Shown in pieces: positions 1-9,160 of a stretch of DNA of 37,439 bases. The DNA is taken from contig JANOQV010000294.1 of assembly GCA_031414955.1 (NCBI GenBank), positions 1 to 37,439 on the forward strand. The letters run 5' to 3'. This stretch comes from Pedosphaera sp. (GTDB lineage Bacteria; Verrucomicrobiota; Verrucomicrobiia; Limisphaerales; SIBH01). Every line of letters begins with the position of its first letter. Position 1 is the first letter of the stretch. Both the position numbers and the translations under genes were made by a program. A model generated the notes under the pieces. The model did not search any database, was not told where the DNA came from, and saw only the letters and a program-made list of their open reading frames with translations.

Positions 1-17
1 TGTTTGCCAACCAGTGC

Positions 18-117
18 GGAGCGCGGCGTTTACGCCGCTTCACCGTTCGTAAGCCCGCTGGTCAATCGATCCGTCATCGCCCGCTTGGACGCTGAAGCGG
101 CCTGAAGGCCGCGATCC
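18..117. repeat. REP-like inverted doublet
   Basis: GGAGCGCGGCGTTTACGCCGCTTCA (18-42) and an inverted copy at 93-117 (rc GGATCGCGGCCTTCAGGCCGCTTCA). Each has an internal GCGGC..GCCGC palindrome. Confidence 0.75.
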
Positions 118-167
118 AAGAACAGTGTCAAGATGCGCCCAATCGCACCCCCGTCCAAAAGGCCCGC

Positions 168-196
168 TTTACCCGCCTCCGCTGCTCAGATAGTTT
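168..196 (+). promoter_or_regulatory. putative sigma70 promoter of prfC
   Basis: TTTACC (168-173), 17 bp spacer, TAGTTT (191-196), about 35 nt upstream of ATG 230. Confidence 0.4.
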
Positions 197-229
197 TCGC
201 GCCCCGCCCATTGGCGGGGTTTGCTTTTA

Positions 230-1837
230 ATGGCCACCATCGAACAGGAAATTGCGCGCCGGCGGACGTTTGCGATCATCTCGCATCCGGACGCGGGCAA
301 GACCACGCTCACGGAGAAGTTCCTGCTCTACGGAGGCGCGGTGCAGCTCGCCGGGTCCGTGACCGCGCGCAAGAACCAGCGCGCCACCACTTCCGATTGG
401 ATGGAACTGGAGCGGCAGCGCGGCATCTCGGTCAGCTCCACGGTGCTGCAATTCGAGTATCGCGACTGCGTGGTGAACCTGCTCGACACGCCCGGCCACA
501 AGGACTTCTCCGAGGACACCTATCGCGTGCTCACGGCGGTGGACGCGGCGGTGATGGTCATCGACGCGGGCAAAGGCATCGAGACGCAGACGCGCAAGCT
601 TTTCGAGGTCTGCCGGCTGCGCGGCATTCCCATCTTCACCTTCATGAACAAGCTGGACCGGCCGGCGAAAGATCCGCTGGATCTGCTCGATGAACTGGAG
701 CGCGTGCTGGGCATCTCGGCCTATCCGGTGAACTGGCCACTGGGCAACGGACAGGACTTTCGTGGCGTGTTCAATCGCCAGACCAAGCAGGTGAATTTCT
801 TCGAGCGTGTGGTGGGCGGCACCTATCGCGCGCCGGTCTCGGTGCATGACCTCTCGGACCACATCGTGCGCGAGCAGATGGTGCCGGACGTTTACGCCAA
901 GGTGGTGGAAGAGTTGGCCATGCTCGAAGGGGCGGGCGCGGCTTTCAACCATGCGGACATTCTCTCCGGCAAATTGACGCCCGTGTTCTTTGGCAGCGCC
1001 GTGAACAACTTCGGCGTGCAGCTCCTGCTCGACGCCTATCTCGATCTGGCCCCGGCCCCCAAGGCGCGGACCATCGGGGAACGCACCATTGATCCGGCGG
1101 GCGACCGCTTCTCGGGATTCATCTTCAAGATTCAGGCGAACATGGACCCCAGGCATCGCGACCGGCTGGCCTTTGTTCGCATCTGCTCGGGGAAATTCCA
1201 GCGCGACATGTCGGTGGTCCACACGCGCACCGGCCGGAAGCTGCGCCTCTCCAGCTCGCACAAGCTGTTCGGGCGCGAGCGCGAAACGGTGGACGAGGCC
1301 TATCCAGGCGACGTGGTGGGACTGGTCGGCCATTCGGATTTTCACATCGGGGACACGCTGGCCGAGGATGCCTCGATTGTTTACGACGCGATCCCGCGCT
1401 TCACGCCGGAGTGCTTCGCGTGGTTGCAAAGTCCGAGCACGGCGCAGTTCAAACGCTTCCGCGAGGGTCTCGAACAACTTCTCCAAGAAGGCGTCGTGCA
1501 ATCGTTTCTCATCAAGGACTCATCCCAGCGCGTGCCGTTGCTCGGCGCGGTCGGGCCGTTGCAATTCGAGGTGGTGCAATTCCGCATGCAGACCGAGTAC
1601 GGCGCGGAGTCAAAGCTGGAACACGGTCCGTGGAAAATCCTGCGCTGGGCGCAGCCTGAGAGCGGCATCTTGCTGGCCGACGTGTTGCTCCCCACCGGCG
1701 CGAAGCTCGCCTACGATGTGGCCAACCAGCCGGTGATTCTTTTCACCGAGCAGTGGGCCTGCGACTTCTTCGCCGACCGCCATCCGAAGATTAAGCTGAG
1801 CGCGCTGCCGTTTGAGGAGCAGTTGGCTGACGTGTGA
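230..1837 (+). CDS. prfC: peptide chain release factor 3
   Basis: RRRTFAIISHPDAGKTTLTEK, DWMELERQRGIS, DTPGHKDFSEDTYR, NKLD, FKIQANMDPRHRDR, GAVGPLQFEV. ATG at 230 preferred to TTG 221. Confidence 0.97.
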   Translation: MATIEQEIARRRTFAIISHPDAGKTTLTEKFLLYGGAVQLAGSVTARKNQRATTSDWMELERQRGISVSSTVLQFEYRDCVVNLLDTPGHKDFSEDTYRVLTAVDAAVMVIDAGKGIETQTRKLFEVCRLRGIPIFTFMNKLDRPAKDPLDLLDELERVLGISAYPVNWPLGNGQDFRGVFNRQTKQVNFFERVVGGTYRAPVSVHDLSDHIVREQMVPDVYAKVVEELAMLEGAGAAFNHADILSGKLTPVFFGSAVNNFGVQLLLDAYLDLAPAPKARTIGERTIDPAGDRFSGFIFKIQANMDPRHRDRLAFVRICSGKFQRDMSVVHTRTGRKLRLSSSHKLFGRERETVDEAYPGDVVGLVGHSDFHIGDTLAEDASIVYDAIPRFTPECFAWLQSPSTAQFKRFREGLEQLLQEGVVQSFLIKDSSQRVPLLGAVGPLQFEVVQFRMQTEYGAESKLEHGPWKILRWAQPESGILLADVLLPTGAKLAYDVANQPVILFTEQWACDFFADRHPKIKLSALPFEEQLADV

Positions 1838-1839
1838 AA

Positions 1840-1992
1840 GAAAACCCCAAGCCCCAAACCCCATGGAAACACTAAATTCCAAGCTCCAAGCAGCGCTGGT
1901 CTGCCACCGCCACGGCGACAGTCGGAGGACTGCTTCATTGAAGTTTGGTGCTTGGAGCTTCCCTGGTGCTTGGTGCTTGGTGCTTGGTGCTT
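1840..1992. repeat. heptamer-periodic inverted-repeat element (CCAAGCW / TGCTTGG)
   Basis: Left arm CCCCAAGCCCCAAACCCCA..TTCCAAGCTCCAAGC; right arm TTTGGTGCTTGGAGCTT..(TGGTGCT)x4. Fills the prfC-flavoprotein gap. Confidence 0.75.
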
Positions 1993-2006
1993 CTCCCTCC
2001 TGATCC

Positions 2007-3227
2007 ATGCCGCGCATCATCATCGTGGGTGGCGGGGCGGCGGGTTTCTTCGCGGCCATCGCCTGCGCCGAGGCGTCGCCTGATGCGCAGATCATCCTGC
2101 TCGAAAAGACCGCGCACTTTCTGGCCAAGGTCCGCATCTCGGGCGGCGGACGCTGCAATGTCACGCACGCCTGCTTCGAGGCGCGCGAACTGACCAAGCG
2201 TTACCCGCGCGGTGAACGTGCGCTCATCGCGCCGTTCCAACGCTTTCAGGCCAGCGACACCGTGGCGTGGTTCGAGGCGCGCGGCGTGAAGCTCAAGACT
2301 GAAGGCGACGGGCGGATGTTTCCGATCACCGATTCGTCGGAGACGATCATCAATTGTCTGATGCACGAGGCACGCAAGGCGGGCATTGAACTGCGGGCCA
2401 ATTGCGGTGTGGAAAGCATCACGAAGGCTGCGGAGGGCTTTGCCCTCAAGCTCTCCAACGGCGAGGTGCTAAACGGTGATCGGCTGCTCTTGGCCACGGG
2501 CGGATGCCGCACGGTGGCGCTTGGACAAATCGCCGTCGCGCTCGGACACACGCTGGAGCCGCCGGTGCCCTCGCTGTTCACGATTCACATCGCCAGCGAT
2601 TGGTTGCGGGCGCTGGCCGGCGTCGCAGTCGAGGCGGAGGTCGCGGTGCCGGGCGCAGGGTTGCGCGAGCGCGCCTCGTTGCTGGTCACGCACTGGGGAT
2701 TGAGCGGGCCGGCCGTGCTGCGGCTGTCGGCGTGGGGCGCGCGGGCGCTGCATGATTTGGATTATCGATTCACGCTGCAGGTGAACTGGCTGCCGAAGCT
2801 CAACGCGGAGACGGTCGCCTACCAGCTTCAGTCACGCCGCAACACGCAGGGCGCGAAGCTGGTCGTCAATTCTCCCGTCGCGCCGCTCTCGGCGCGCTTG
2901 TGGGAGGCGCTCGTCCTGGCCAGCGGTGTGGCGCGCGACACGCGTTGGTCCGCGCTTTCCCGCTCGGGGCAACACGCTCTCGCTCAACAGCTCCTGCGCT
3001 CGGAGTTTCAAGTGACAGGCAAGAGCTTGAACAAGGAGGAGTTTGTGACCTGCGGCGGCGTGCGGTTGAAAGAGGTGGATTTCAAAACGATGCAGAGCCG
3101 CGTCTGTCCCGGCCTGTTCTTCGCGGGGGAAGTGCTGGACATCGATGGGATCACGGGCGGGTTTAACTTTCAGGCGGCCTGGACGACAGGGTGGATCGCG
3201 GGGCGGGCGATGGCGGCGGCGAGTTAA
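2007..3227 (+). CDS. NAD(P)/FAD-dependent oxidoreductase, HI0933/YhiN (BaiN-like) family
   Basis: IIVGGGAAG, KVRISGGGRCNVT, LLATGG, THWGLSGPAVL, VTCGGV, GEVLDIDGITGGFNFQAAWTTG. Confidence 0.95.
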   Translation: MPRIIIVGGGAAGFFAAIACAEASPDAQIILLEKTAHFLAKVRISGGGRCNVTHACFEARELTKRYPRGERALIAPFQRFQASDTVAWFEARGVKLKTEGDGRMFPITDSSETIINCLMHEARKAGIELRANCGVESITKAAEGFALKLSNGEVLNGDRLLLATGGCRTVALGQIAVALGHTLEPPVPSLFTIHIASDWLRALAGVAVEAEVAVPGAGLRERASLLVTHWGLSGPAVLRLSAWGARALHDLDYRFTLQVNWLPKLNAETVAYQLQSRRNTQGAKLVVNSPVAPLSARLWEALVLASGVARDTRWSALSRSGQHALAQQLLRSEFQVTGKSLNKEEFVTCGGVRLKEVDFKTMQSRVCPGLFFAGEVLDIDGITGGFNFQAAWTTGWIAGRAMAAAS

Positions 3228-3369
3228 CAGAGGCGGGAGGACGCTGTCGCCTTGGGGGCAAAGCCCGCAGGAAGTTGAAGGTTCGACGTTCCCGGCAAGA
3301 GGCCGATGGATCCGATCCCTCTCCCATCTCCCGCCTCACCACCCCGCCGACCAAATGGCCGCGCGCCGG

Positions 3370-4539
3370 TTACTTGCCGTAGAAGGACTCGACCACCGCT
3401 TTGAAGTGGTTGTCGCCGATTTGAATGATGCCGAACTCGCGCTGGGCATTGTCCTCGGAATCGCTGGCGTGGGCGGCGTTGACCATCACGGTCTGACCGA
3501 ACTCGCGGCGGATCGATCCAGGCGGAGCCTTCGAGGGATCGGTCGGGCCAAGCACGTCCCGGATCTTTTGCACGGCATTGGGGCCTTCGTAAATGAGGGC
3601 GATGCACTTCTCGGTGCCGGGCTGTTCACGCTGATCCGCCGGACAGTCACTGGGTGCGCGGCCGGCCATGAACTTCACAATGTTCTCGAACTGGTTGTCG
3701 CCAAAGGCCGGGCCGAGGATGTCCCCGAGCTTTTGCTGTTCGTCCGGCGGCAGCTTGAAGCCGAAATCCTTTTCGAGCACGGCCGTGGCGCGCGAGGCGA
3801 CCATGTCCTTGAGGCGGGTGCGCAAAATTTCGCGGACCGGGCCGTAGAATTCCATGGCCTGGGCCACGCTCATGCGCAAGAGCTTGATGCCCACGATGTA
3901 GAGGCCGGTGCGGGAGAAGAAGTCGATGACATTGCCCGGGCGGCCGGTGGGAAAGCGGAAGTTGTCCGGCTTGATCAGCACCAGAGTGCGCTGCGGTGTT
4001 TCACCCGGCGCATAAGCGACGGTGTTTTCCACCACGCCGCCGTCGGTGTCGGAGTATTGCGCCCAGAGCTTGGCCTTGAGCTGGGCTTCCTGGACGTTCG
4101 GCGGAGCCAGGACGGCCGGCTCGAAGTAACGGACGCTCCCGTTTTCGTCGCGGATCAAGTCACCGTACGTGTCACGGATGGTTTCCCCCCCGGATCGTTC
4201 AGCGGTGATGTTGCCCACCACAGAGCGAACCTTGCGCACGGCGTCTTCGCCCTGGAAGAGCAGCATCATGGCGCGACGACGACGACCGGTCTTGGAGTCC
4301 GGCCCGAGGTTCTTGAGAATGTAGGAGCGGATCAGATCCTGAATGGACCGATCCTGCGGATCATCGGCGGACACGATGACATCGGAGTATTTGTTCACCA
4401 GTTCAGCGCTGGGCGCGAACATGCGTGCTCCGGCCAATTCCAGTCCGGTCCGGGTGATCAGCCGCGCCAGGATGCCGCCCGTGCGCGACTTGTGGAGCGA
4501 ATAGGGCGTAATGATGACGTAAGCGAGTTCCTGGGCCAT
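3370..4539 (-). CDS. ndk: nucleoside-diphosphate kinase family protein with two tandem NDK domains
   Basis: C-terminal domain: RTLVLIKPD, GPTDPSKAPPGSIR, NAAHASDS (catalytic His). The N-terminal domain has the NDK layout (AYVIITP..GEDAVRKVRSVVG..TIRDTYG) but lacks the His motif. Confidence 0.85.
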   Translation of the reverse strand: MAQELAYVIITPYSLHKSRTGGILARLITRTGLELAGARMFAPSAELVNKYSDVIVSADDPQDRSIQDLIRSYILKNLGPDSKTGRRRRAMMLLFQGEDAVRKVRSVVGNITAERSGGETIRDTYGDLIRDENGSVRYFEPAVLAPPNVQEAQLKAKLWAQYSDTDGGVVENTVAYAPGETPQRTLVLIKPDNFRFPTGRPGNVIDFFSRTGLYIVGIKLLRMSVAQAMEFYGPVREILRTRLKDMVASRATAVLEKDFGFKLPPDEQQKLGDILGPAFGDNQFENIVKFMAGRAPSDCPADQREQPGTEKCIALIYEGPNAVQKIRDVLGPTDPSKAPPGSIRREFGQTVMVNAAHASDSEDNAQREFGIIQIGDNHFKAVVESFYGK

Positions 4540-4562
4540 AGAGGCAATGCAACTGAAGGGTT

Positions 4563-4751
4563 TTAAGGCGCAGTCGGGGCGGAAGGCTCAGACGGAGGCG
4601 GCGTCGCCTTGCCGCCGAGGATTTTGAACATGACCGTGCTGCACGTCGGGCACTTGCCCTTGATGGCTTTGCGGCCGTTCTTCATGGTTTCCTCGACCGC
4701 GTTGGAAATCTCCTTCTTGGCCTTGCACTTAACGCAATATCCTTCGGGCAT
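4563..4751 (-). CDS. small basic zinc-ribbon protein (DUF5679-like)
   Basis: MPEGYCVKCK..MKNGRKAIKGKCPTCSTVMFKI with two CxxC pairs. ATG 4751 preferred; lies 23 bp upstream of ndk. Confidence 0.85.
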   Translation of the reverse strand: MPEGYCVKCKAKKEISNAVEETMKNGRKAIKGKCPTCSTVMFKILGGKATPPPSEPSAPTAP

Positions 4752-4798
4752 AAGAGTTTCACCGCCCGACCGCTTCATGCGGCCCGGCGATGGGCGGA

Positions 4799-4828
4799 AC
4801 CTTACGGGCGGCTGAAAGGAGGCGTCAA
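4799..4828 (-). promoter_or_regulatory. putative sigma70 promoter for the DUF5679-ndk unit
   Basis: Minus strand TTGACG (4828-4823), 18 bp spacer, TAAGGT (4804-4799). Confidence 0.45.
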
Positions 4829-4955
4829 CAGGGTTCTAGGCACGGGCCGGCGGATCGATTGAAGCTGGAGTTCAACTGGCGGCTGGCCTCAGGTCGTGAA
4901 ATGGCGGGGCAGGCTGAAGCTTGAACTTTACTCCGCCCCGAAGCACGGATTCCAC

Positions 4956-6008
4956 CTACCCCTTCGCCTTGGCGGCGGCCTTCCGCGTACGCACGGTGCG
5001 GCCTTCAACCCACGTTCCCTCGACCAGCAGCGAGTGCGGCAGTTCGGGCACGCCGCGCTCGTTACGCTGAATCATACCGATGAGAAAATCCACCGCCACC
5101 GCGCCGAGCGTGGGGCCGTTCTGGTAAATGCCCGCGAACCGGCCGCTTTGATCGGGACAATTGAGATGCACGAAGCCCACATCATCGGGAATGTGCGCGC
5201 CCAGCCGCTTGAGCCAGTCGCCAACCACTTCCTCGTGGGCGATGACGGCGTCGGGCTTGTTGGCGTCGAACCAGCGGCGGAAATTCTCAAAGGTCCATTT
5301 GGCGTCATCGATGACGAAGAGGGGCACGGCGTGGTCGAGGCCGAGCTGCTCGACGAGGAAACTGGCCACCCATTGGCGATCCACGCGTTCGTTCAGGCTC
5401 GCGGGCAAGGCCAGCCCGAGGCGCCGATAACCCATCTGGCGGAGTTCGCGCATGGCCAGGCGCATGGAGCGGAACTGGTGGTTCACGGCGCGGTGGAGCA
5501 AGGGCTTGGTCAGCGAGTAGCCAAACGCCACGGCGGAGAAGCTTTTCCACTGCAACACCAGCTCGCCATGCGCGGCGGGCAGCGGTGCAATGACCAGGCC
5601 ATGAATGCTGCGGGTCAGGAGAATCTGCGTGAGCCGCTCCGGCGTCATGCCCGGCTCGCGCATCCAGAATGTCTCCACGCCGTAGCCGTGCCGATCCGCC
5701 GACTCGGCCACGCCCTCGTAGAATTCCTGGTAGAGCCGAGATACTTTCCAGCCGTCGCGGGTGGGAAAATCCGTGATGAAGCCGATGCTGACGTGCGACT
5801 GCACGGGCTTGGCCGCGCGGCGATAAGTCATGAGCGCCGAGACCAGCGGATTGGGTCGGTAGCCCAGTTCATCGGCAATGGTCTGGATTTTTTTCTGCGT
5901 CTCGGGCGAGATGTTCGACTGGTTTCGGAGCGCGCGGGAGACGGTCATCACGCTTACGCCGGCCCGCCGGGCGATCTCCGCGAGTGTCACTGGCTTCTGG
6001 GGAATCAC
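4956..6008 (-). CDS. LacI family transcriptional regulator
   Basis: VTLAEIARRAGVSVMTVSRAL..LGYRPNPLVSAL HTH plus a sugar-binding-type C-domain. Start is GTG 6008 (possibly leaderless, after TTTACA-16-TAGCCT) or TTG 6017. Confidence 0.93.
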   Translation of the reverse strand: MIPQKPVTLAEIARRAGVSVMTVSRALRNQSNISPETQKKIQTIADELGYRPNPLVSALMTYRRAAKPVQSHVSIGFITDFPTRDGWKVSRLYQEFYEGVAESADRHGYGVETFWMREPGMTPERLTQILLTRSIHGLVIAPLPAAHGELVLQWKSFSAVAFGYSLTKPLLHRAVNHQFRSMRLAMRELRQMGYRRLGLALPASLNERVDRQWVASFLVEQLGLDHAVPLFVIDDAKWTFENFRRWFDANKPDAVIAHEEVVGDWLKRLGAHIPDDVGFVHLNCPDQSGRFAGIYQNGPTLGAVAVDFLIGMIQRNERGVPELPHSLLVEGTWVEGRTVRTRKAAAKAKG

Positions 6009-6157
6009 GCGGCCCAAGGCTAGAACGGTGCGCCCGCTTGTAAAGCCCAGAGTTACAATTAAACACTGAGTAAAATCACTCGGTTCGCGGTGGCACCGGT
6101 GGGAGGATGTGAGCGTTCACCACGGGGGATCGACCGGTCCCGTATCGTGGCCGAGCC

Positions 6158-7450
6158 TCACCTCACTTCCATCCAACTCTTCAATCCCACCACCGGCAGC
6201 GCGAACTCAAAAGCCCGCTCCCACTCCGGCGTGTCGGCAGTGCGAAAGACCTCCCAGCTTCGTTTCTTCGGTCGCGCCTCGGCCGCGTTCGGCGTCAAGC
6301 CACGCAGGCCCAACAGCAGTCCGCCCTCGGCCTTGTGGTCCACATGCCGGTGCAAGATGAAGGCGTCGATGCCCTCGATGCCCTCGATCTTTTTGTAAGC
6401 CAGCGCGTACGCGGCGGCCTGGATGATTTCGCCGTTCGTGCCCTGGGGCGTGTGAAAGCCCTGCTCGCTGAGAATGATCCGGCGCGGCTGGCCTTGGTAG
6501 AGCAGTTCAGGACGGAGCAGGTAAGCGGGCAGCAAATCGATGTTCTTGAACGTAATGCGCGGCGTGGTGAGCACGTTGTTGCTGGCCGACTTGTCCCTCC
6601 AGAACCGCGGCTCGAACAGATTCTCCGGGTACGGGTGAAACGCGACGTGCCAGTTGAAGTCGCCCTCGGCCCGGGCGCGGCGCGCAAAGTAATCCAAGAA
6701 TTCGCGGCCCGGAAACGAAGTATGCTCGCTCTTGCGGTCGTAGCGCAGGTTCCAATGATGTTCGAGCGACAGGTAAACCCGGGCCCAGCTTGACTGCCGG
6801 CGCACCGCGTCGTGGGCCAGCCGCATCATGCGCAGATACTCATCGGCGAACTCCGTCATGGTCACCCGCCCCATGTTGGCCCACCACCAGTGCGAGTTGA
6901 CTTCGTTACCCATGATGTAGCCGGAGACACGCCCGTATTTTTGGTCCGGCCGCGACCAGCGTTCGGCGCAGAACTCCAGGGCCGCGACGAAGGCACCGCG
7001 CCCTTCCTCAGTGACAGTGTTGAAGTTGCCCAGCCGATTGGGCGCGTTGGTAATGCACTGCGGATGAATCATCACCCGGTCGCGCGCCGGGTCGCCGGAC
7101 TGATAGGTGAGCACGATCAGATTCACCACCACGCCCTGATCGGAGAGCTGCTTGATGCGCCGGTCCAGGCCCTCGATCTGACTGCGCCGGAAGCGATAGG
7201 TGCGCCCGCCGGAGATCCAGGCCGGATTGTTGGTGTCGGCCTTGAGATCGAGGAGTGGGGTGAGGTTGAAGTTCAACGCCGCGTGCTTGACGCCGAGCGC
7301 CAGCGCATCCTCCACCAGCTCAACCTGCAAGCCCTTCTTCGAGGCGGCCAACGGGTACGGTTCGGAGTAACGCGACGCCCCGGATTGCGCCTGAAGAGTG
7401 GCCGTCGCGAACAGCACCGCAAAAAAGCACAAGGTTCGGAAGTGAATCAC
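6158..7450 (-). CDS. secreted DUF5722-like putative glycoside hydrolase (TIM barrel)
   Basis: Signal peptide (..FATATLQAQ), SKKGLQV, YIMGNEVN, VAFHPYP, ILSEQGF, AFILHRHVD. GTG 7450 is the likely start. Confidence 0.75.
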   Translation of the reverse strand: MIHFRTLCFFAVLFATATLQAQSGASRYSEPYPLAASKKGLQVELVEDALALGVKHAALNFNLTPLLDLKADTNNPAWISGGRTYRFRRSQIEGLDRRIKQLSDQGVVVNLIVLTYQSGDPARDRVMIHPQCITNAPNRLGNFNTVTEEGRGAFVAALEFCAERWSRPDQKYGRVSGYIMGNEVNSHWWWANMGRVTMTEFADEYLRMMRLAHDAVRRQSSWARVYLSLEHHWNLRYDRKSEHTSFPGREFLDYFARRARAEGDFNWHVAFHPYPENLFEPRFWRDKSASNNVLTTPRITFKNIDLLPAYLLRPELLYQGQPRRIILSEQGFHTPQGTNGEIIQAAAYALAYKKIEGIEGIDAFILHRHVDHKAEGGLLLGLRGLTPNAAEARPKKRSWEVFRTADTPEWERAFEFALPVVGLKSWMEVR

Positions 7451-7537
7451 AGCACCGCCATCCTGCGAAGCGGGGCGCGAAATGCAAAGCCCAGACTCGG
7501 AGGCGCGACGGGTTCGGGCGCGCAACCGCCGCCCTGC

Positions 7538-9145
7538 TCACGGGTTGATTCGGTAGTCGAAGTAGAGGGTATCGCCAGTGACGCGGGCTTTGAACTTGTC
7601 CCAGTTGGCCTGCGATTCACCGACCGGCTTTCGCATCTGGCTGAAATCCGTGTCGGTCTGGAAAACGCGCCCGGAACATTTCTTGAGCAGCGCATCCTTG
7701 ATGGCCTTGAGCGGGTGGTCCCAACCCTTCTGGGTTTCGGCCCACGCGCGCACGGCGGTGATCATGGCCGTGAACTCGCGGGCCTGTTCGCCCTCGCCCA
7801 TCCAACTCAGGTTGGGGTAGGCGTCACTGGCCTTGCCGTTCAACGTGGCGTTGTGGCTGCCGTGATGGCCAACCTTGTAGAGCACGGTGCGGGCGAGGAG
7901 ATCCTTGGCCGTGATCTTCTTGTCCCCGTCCTTCCAACTCCCCTTGGCCCAGGAAAGCCAGTTGCCGCGCTGGGCATCGGCAGCGAAGAGGAGCACCTTG
8001 CCGCCCTTCCCCAGTTCAAAGGCCAGCACCAGGCTGGTGTTGTTCGTGGCGTTGTTCACCTCAATGGCCAGGGCCAGCGCGGAGAAGAGCCATTCTTCGT
8101 CGATGCGCCGCCACGGGGCGTCGCCTGGCACTTCCTTCTCCGGCGGTCTGGCTTCAGGCTTCGCGCTCTCTGCTGCGTCCTTGGAGCCGTAGTATTTCCT
8201 GAAGAATGCGCCGTAATCCGGATCGGTGAAAGCGGCCTCCAACGGCACGCCATAGGACTCGTGAAAAAGTTGCGGCTTCCTTTCGCCCGCCTTCGGTGCG
8301 GTGAAGGCGCTGGCAAAAAACGTGGCGGCGGAAGCGGTGCCAAGCGCATGAAACTCTTCCTTGCCCACCGGATTGACATCAAGGATTTGCTCCTCATCGC
8401 GCGGCGGACCCAGGGCAAAGACGCGCGCGTTTTTTGCGCCTGGGAGCGCGTAAATCCGCCCGTGTGGTCGGAGGAATTTCACTCCTTCACTGGCGCGTTT
8501 CTTGAAGACCAGCATCGACTGCTTGTTGCTCGAGACCTTCGGCTTGCCATCGGCTCCGAGCATGGCCGCCGCCGCGTTGAACTGGGCCTCTGCGCCGCCC
8601 AACTCGAAAGCCAGGAATTCGTCGATGTCCTCCACGGCTTTGTCGTCAGCTTCGGCCTCGACGCCTTGCAACTTTTTCGCCTGGCTGCCGGCCGCCAGCC
8701 GGTTGCGCGCGGCCATCAGGCCCAGCAGCTTGTCCTCGAACCGTTCCCGGAGCGCGTTGGCCACGTCGTCGTCCGGATTCTCCGTCCAGGCCAGCCAGGT
8801 TTCCTTGATGGTGATGCCGGCAAAGTTTTCCTCCGTGATGCCGTTCACATGATCCTGGTGCTCGTGCGTGATGATGGCCACGTCGATCTCGCCGCCCGTG
8901 GCTGCGCGGATGCTGGCCGTGATGTCCCGCACGTTCTTTTTGGCGGGCCGCACGATCTTGTCTGGGGAACCCGGCTTGTACCCGCAATCAATGAGCACAT
9001 ACACCGGCCGGCCGGCCGTTTTGCCGTCGAAAGCCAGCAGGAAACAGTCGCCGTGGCCAATGCGGTACATGCGGACCACGGCACCGTCCTTGGGTGGAAT
9101 GAGCCGGCCTGGAGCGGCGGCGGCTTTTGGTTTTGGCGTCGGCAT
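7538..9145 (-). CDS. MBL-fold metallo-hydrolase (ComEC/Rec2-like), cytoplasmic, with long insertions
   Basis: MYRIGHGDCFLL, LIDCG, THEHQDHVNG (HxHxDH), NNTSLVL, LFAADAQ, KVGHHGSHNAT. No signal peptide. Confidence 0.88.
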   Translation of the reverse strand: MPTPKPKAAAAPGRLIPPKDGAVVRMYRIGHGDCFLLAFDGKTAGRPVYVLIDCGYKPGSPDKIVRPAKKNVRDITASIRAATGGEIDVAIITHEHQDHVNGITEENFAGITIKETWLAWTENPDDDVANALRERFEDKLLGLMAARNRLAAGSQAKKLQGVEAEADDKAVEDIDEFLAFELGGAEAQFNAAAAMLGADGKPKVSSNKQSMLVFKKRASEGVKFLRPHGRIYALPGAKNARVFALGPPRDEEQILDVNPVGKEEFHALGTASAATFFASAFTAPKAGERKPQLFHESYGVPLEAAFTDPDYGAFFRKYYGSKDAAESAKPEARPPEKEVPGDAPWRRIDEEWLFSALALAIEVNNATNNTSLVLAFELGKGGKVLLFAADAQRGNWLSWAKGSWKDGDKKITAKDLLARTVLYKVGHHGSHNATLNGKASDAYPNLSWMGEGEQAREFTAMITAVRAWAETQKGWDHPLKAIKDALLKKCSGRVFQTDTDFSQMRKPVGESQANWDKFKARVTGDTLYFDYRINP

Positions 9146-9160
9146 AAGCGCAGGGTGTGG

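Noticed and set aside
1840..1992. CRISPR array (also considered for 25731-26222)
   Set aside because: No identical 23-47 bp repeats with unique spacers, and no cas genes.
3230..3337. 10-bp inverted repeat GAGGCGGGAG..CTCCCGCCTC between convergent genes
   Set aside because: Too short and widely spaced to call a mobile element or terminator.
4857..4934. Degenerate TGAAGCT-containing repeat pair
   Set aside because: Possibly a decayed REP, but the similarity is too weak to support.
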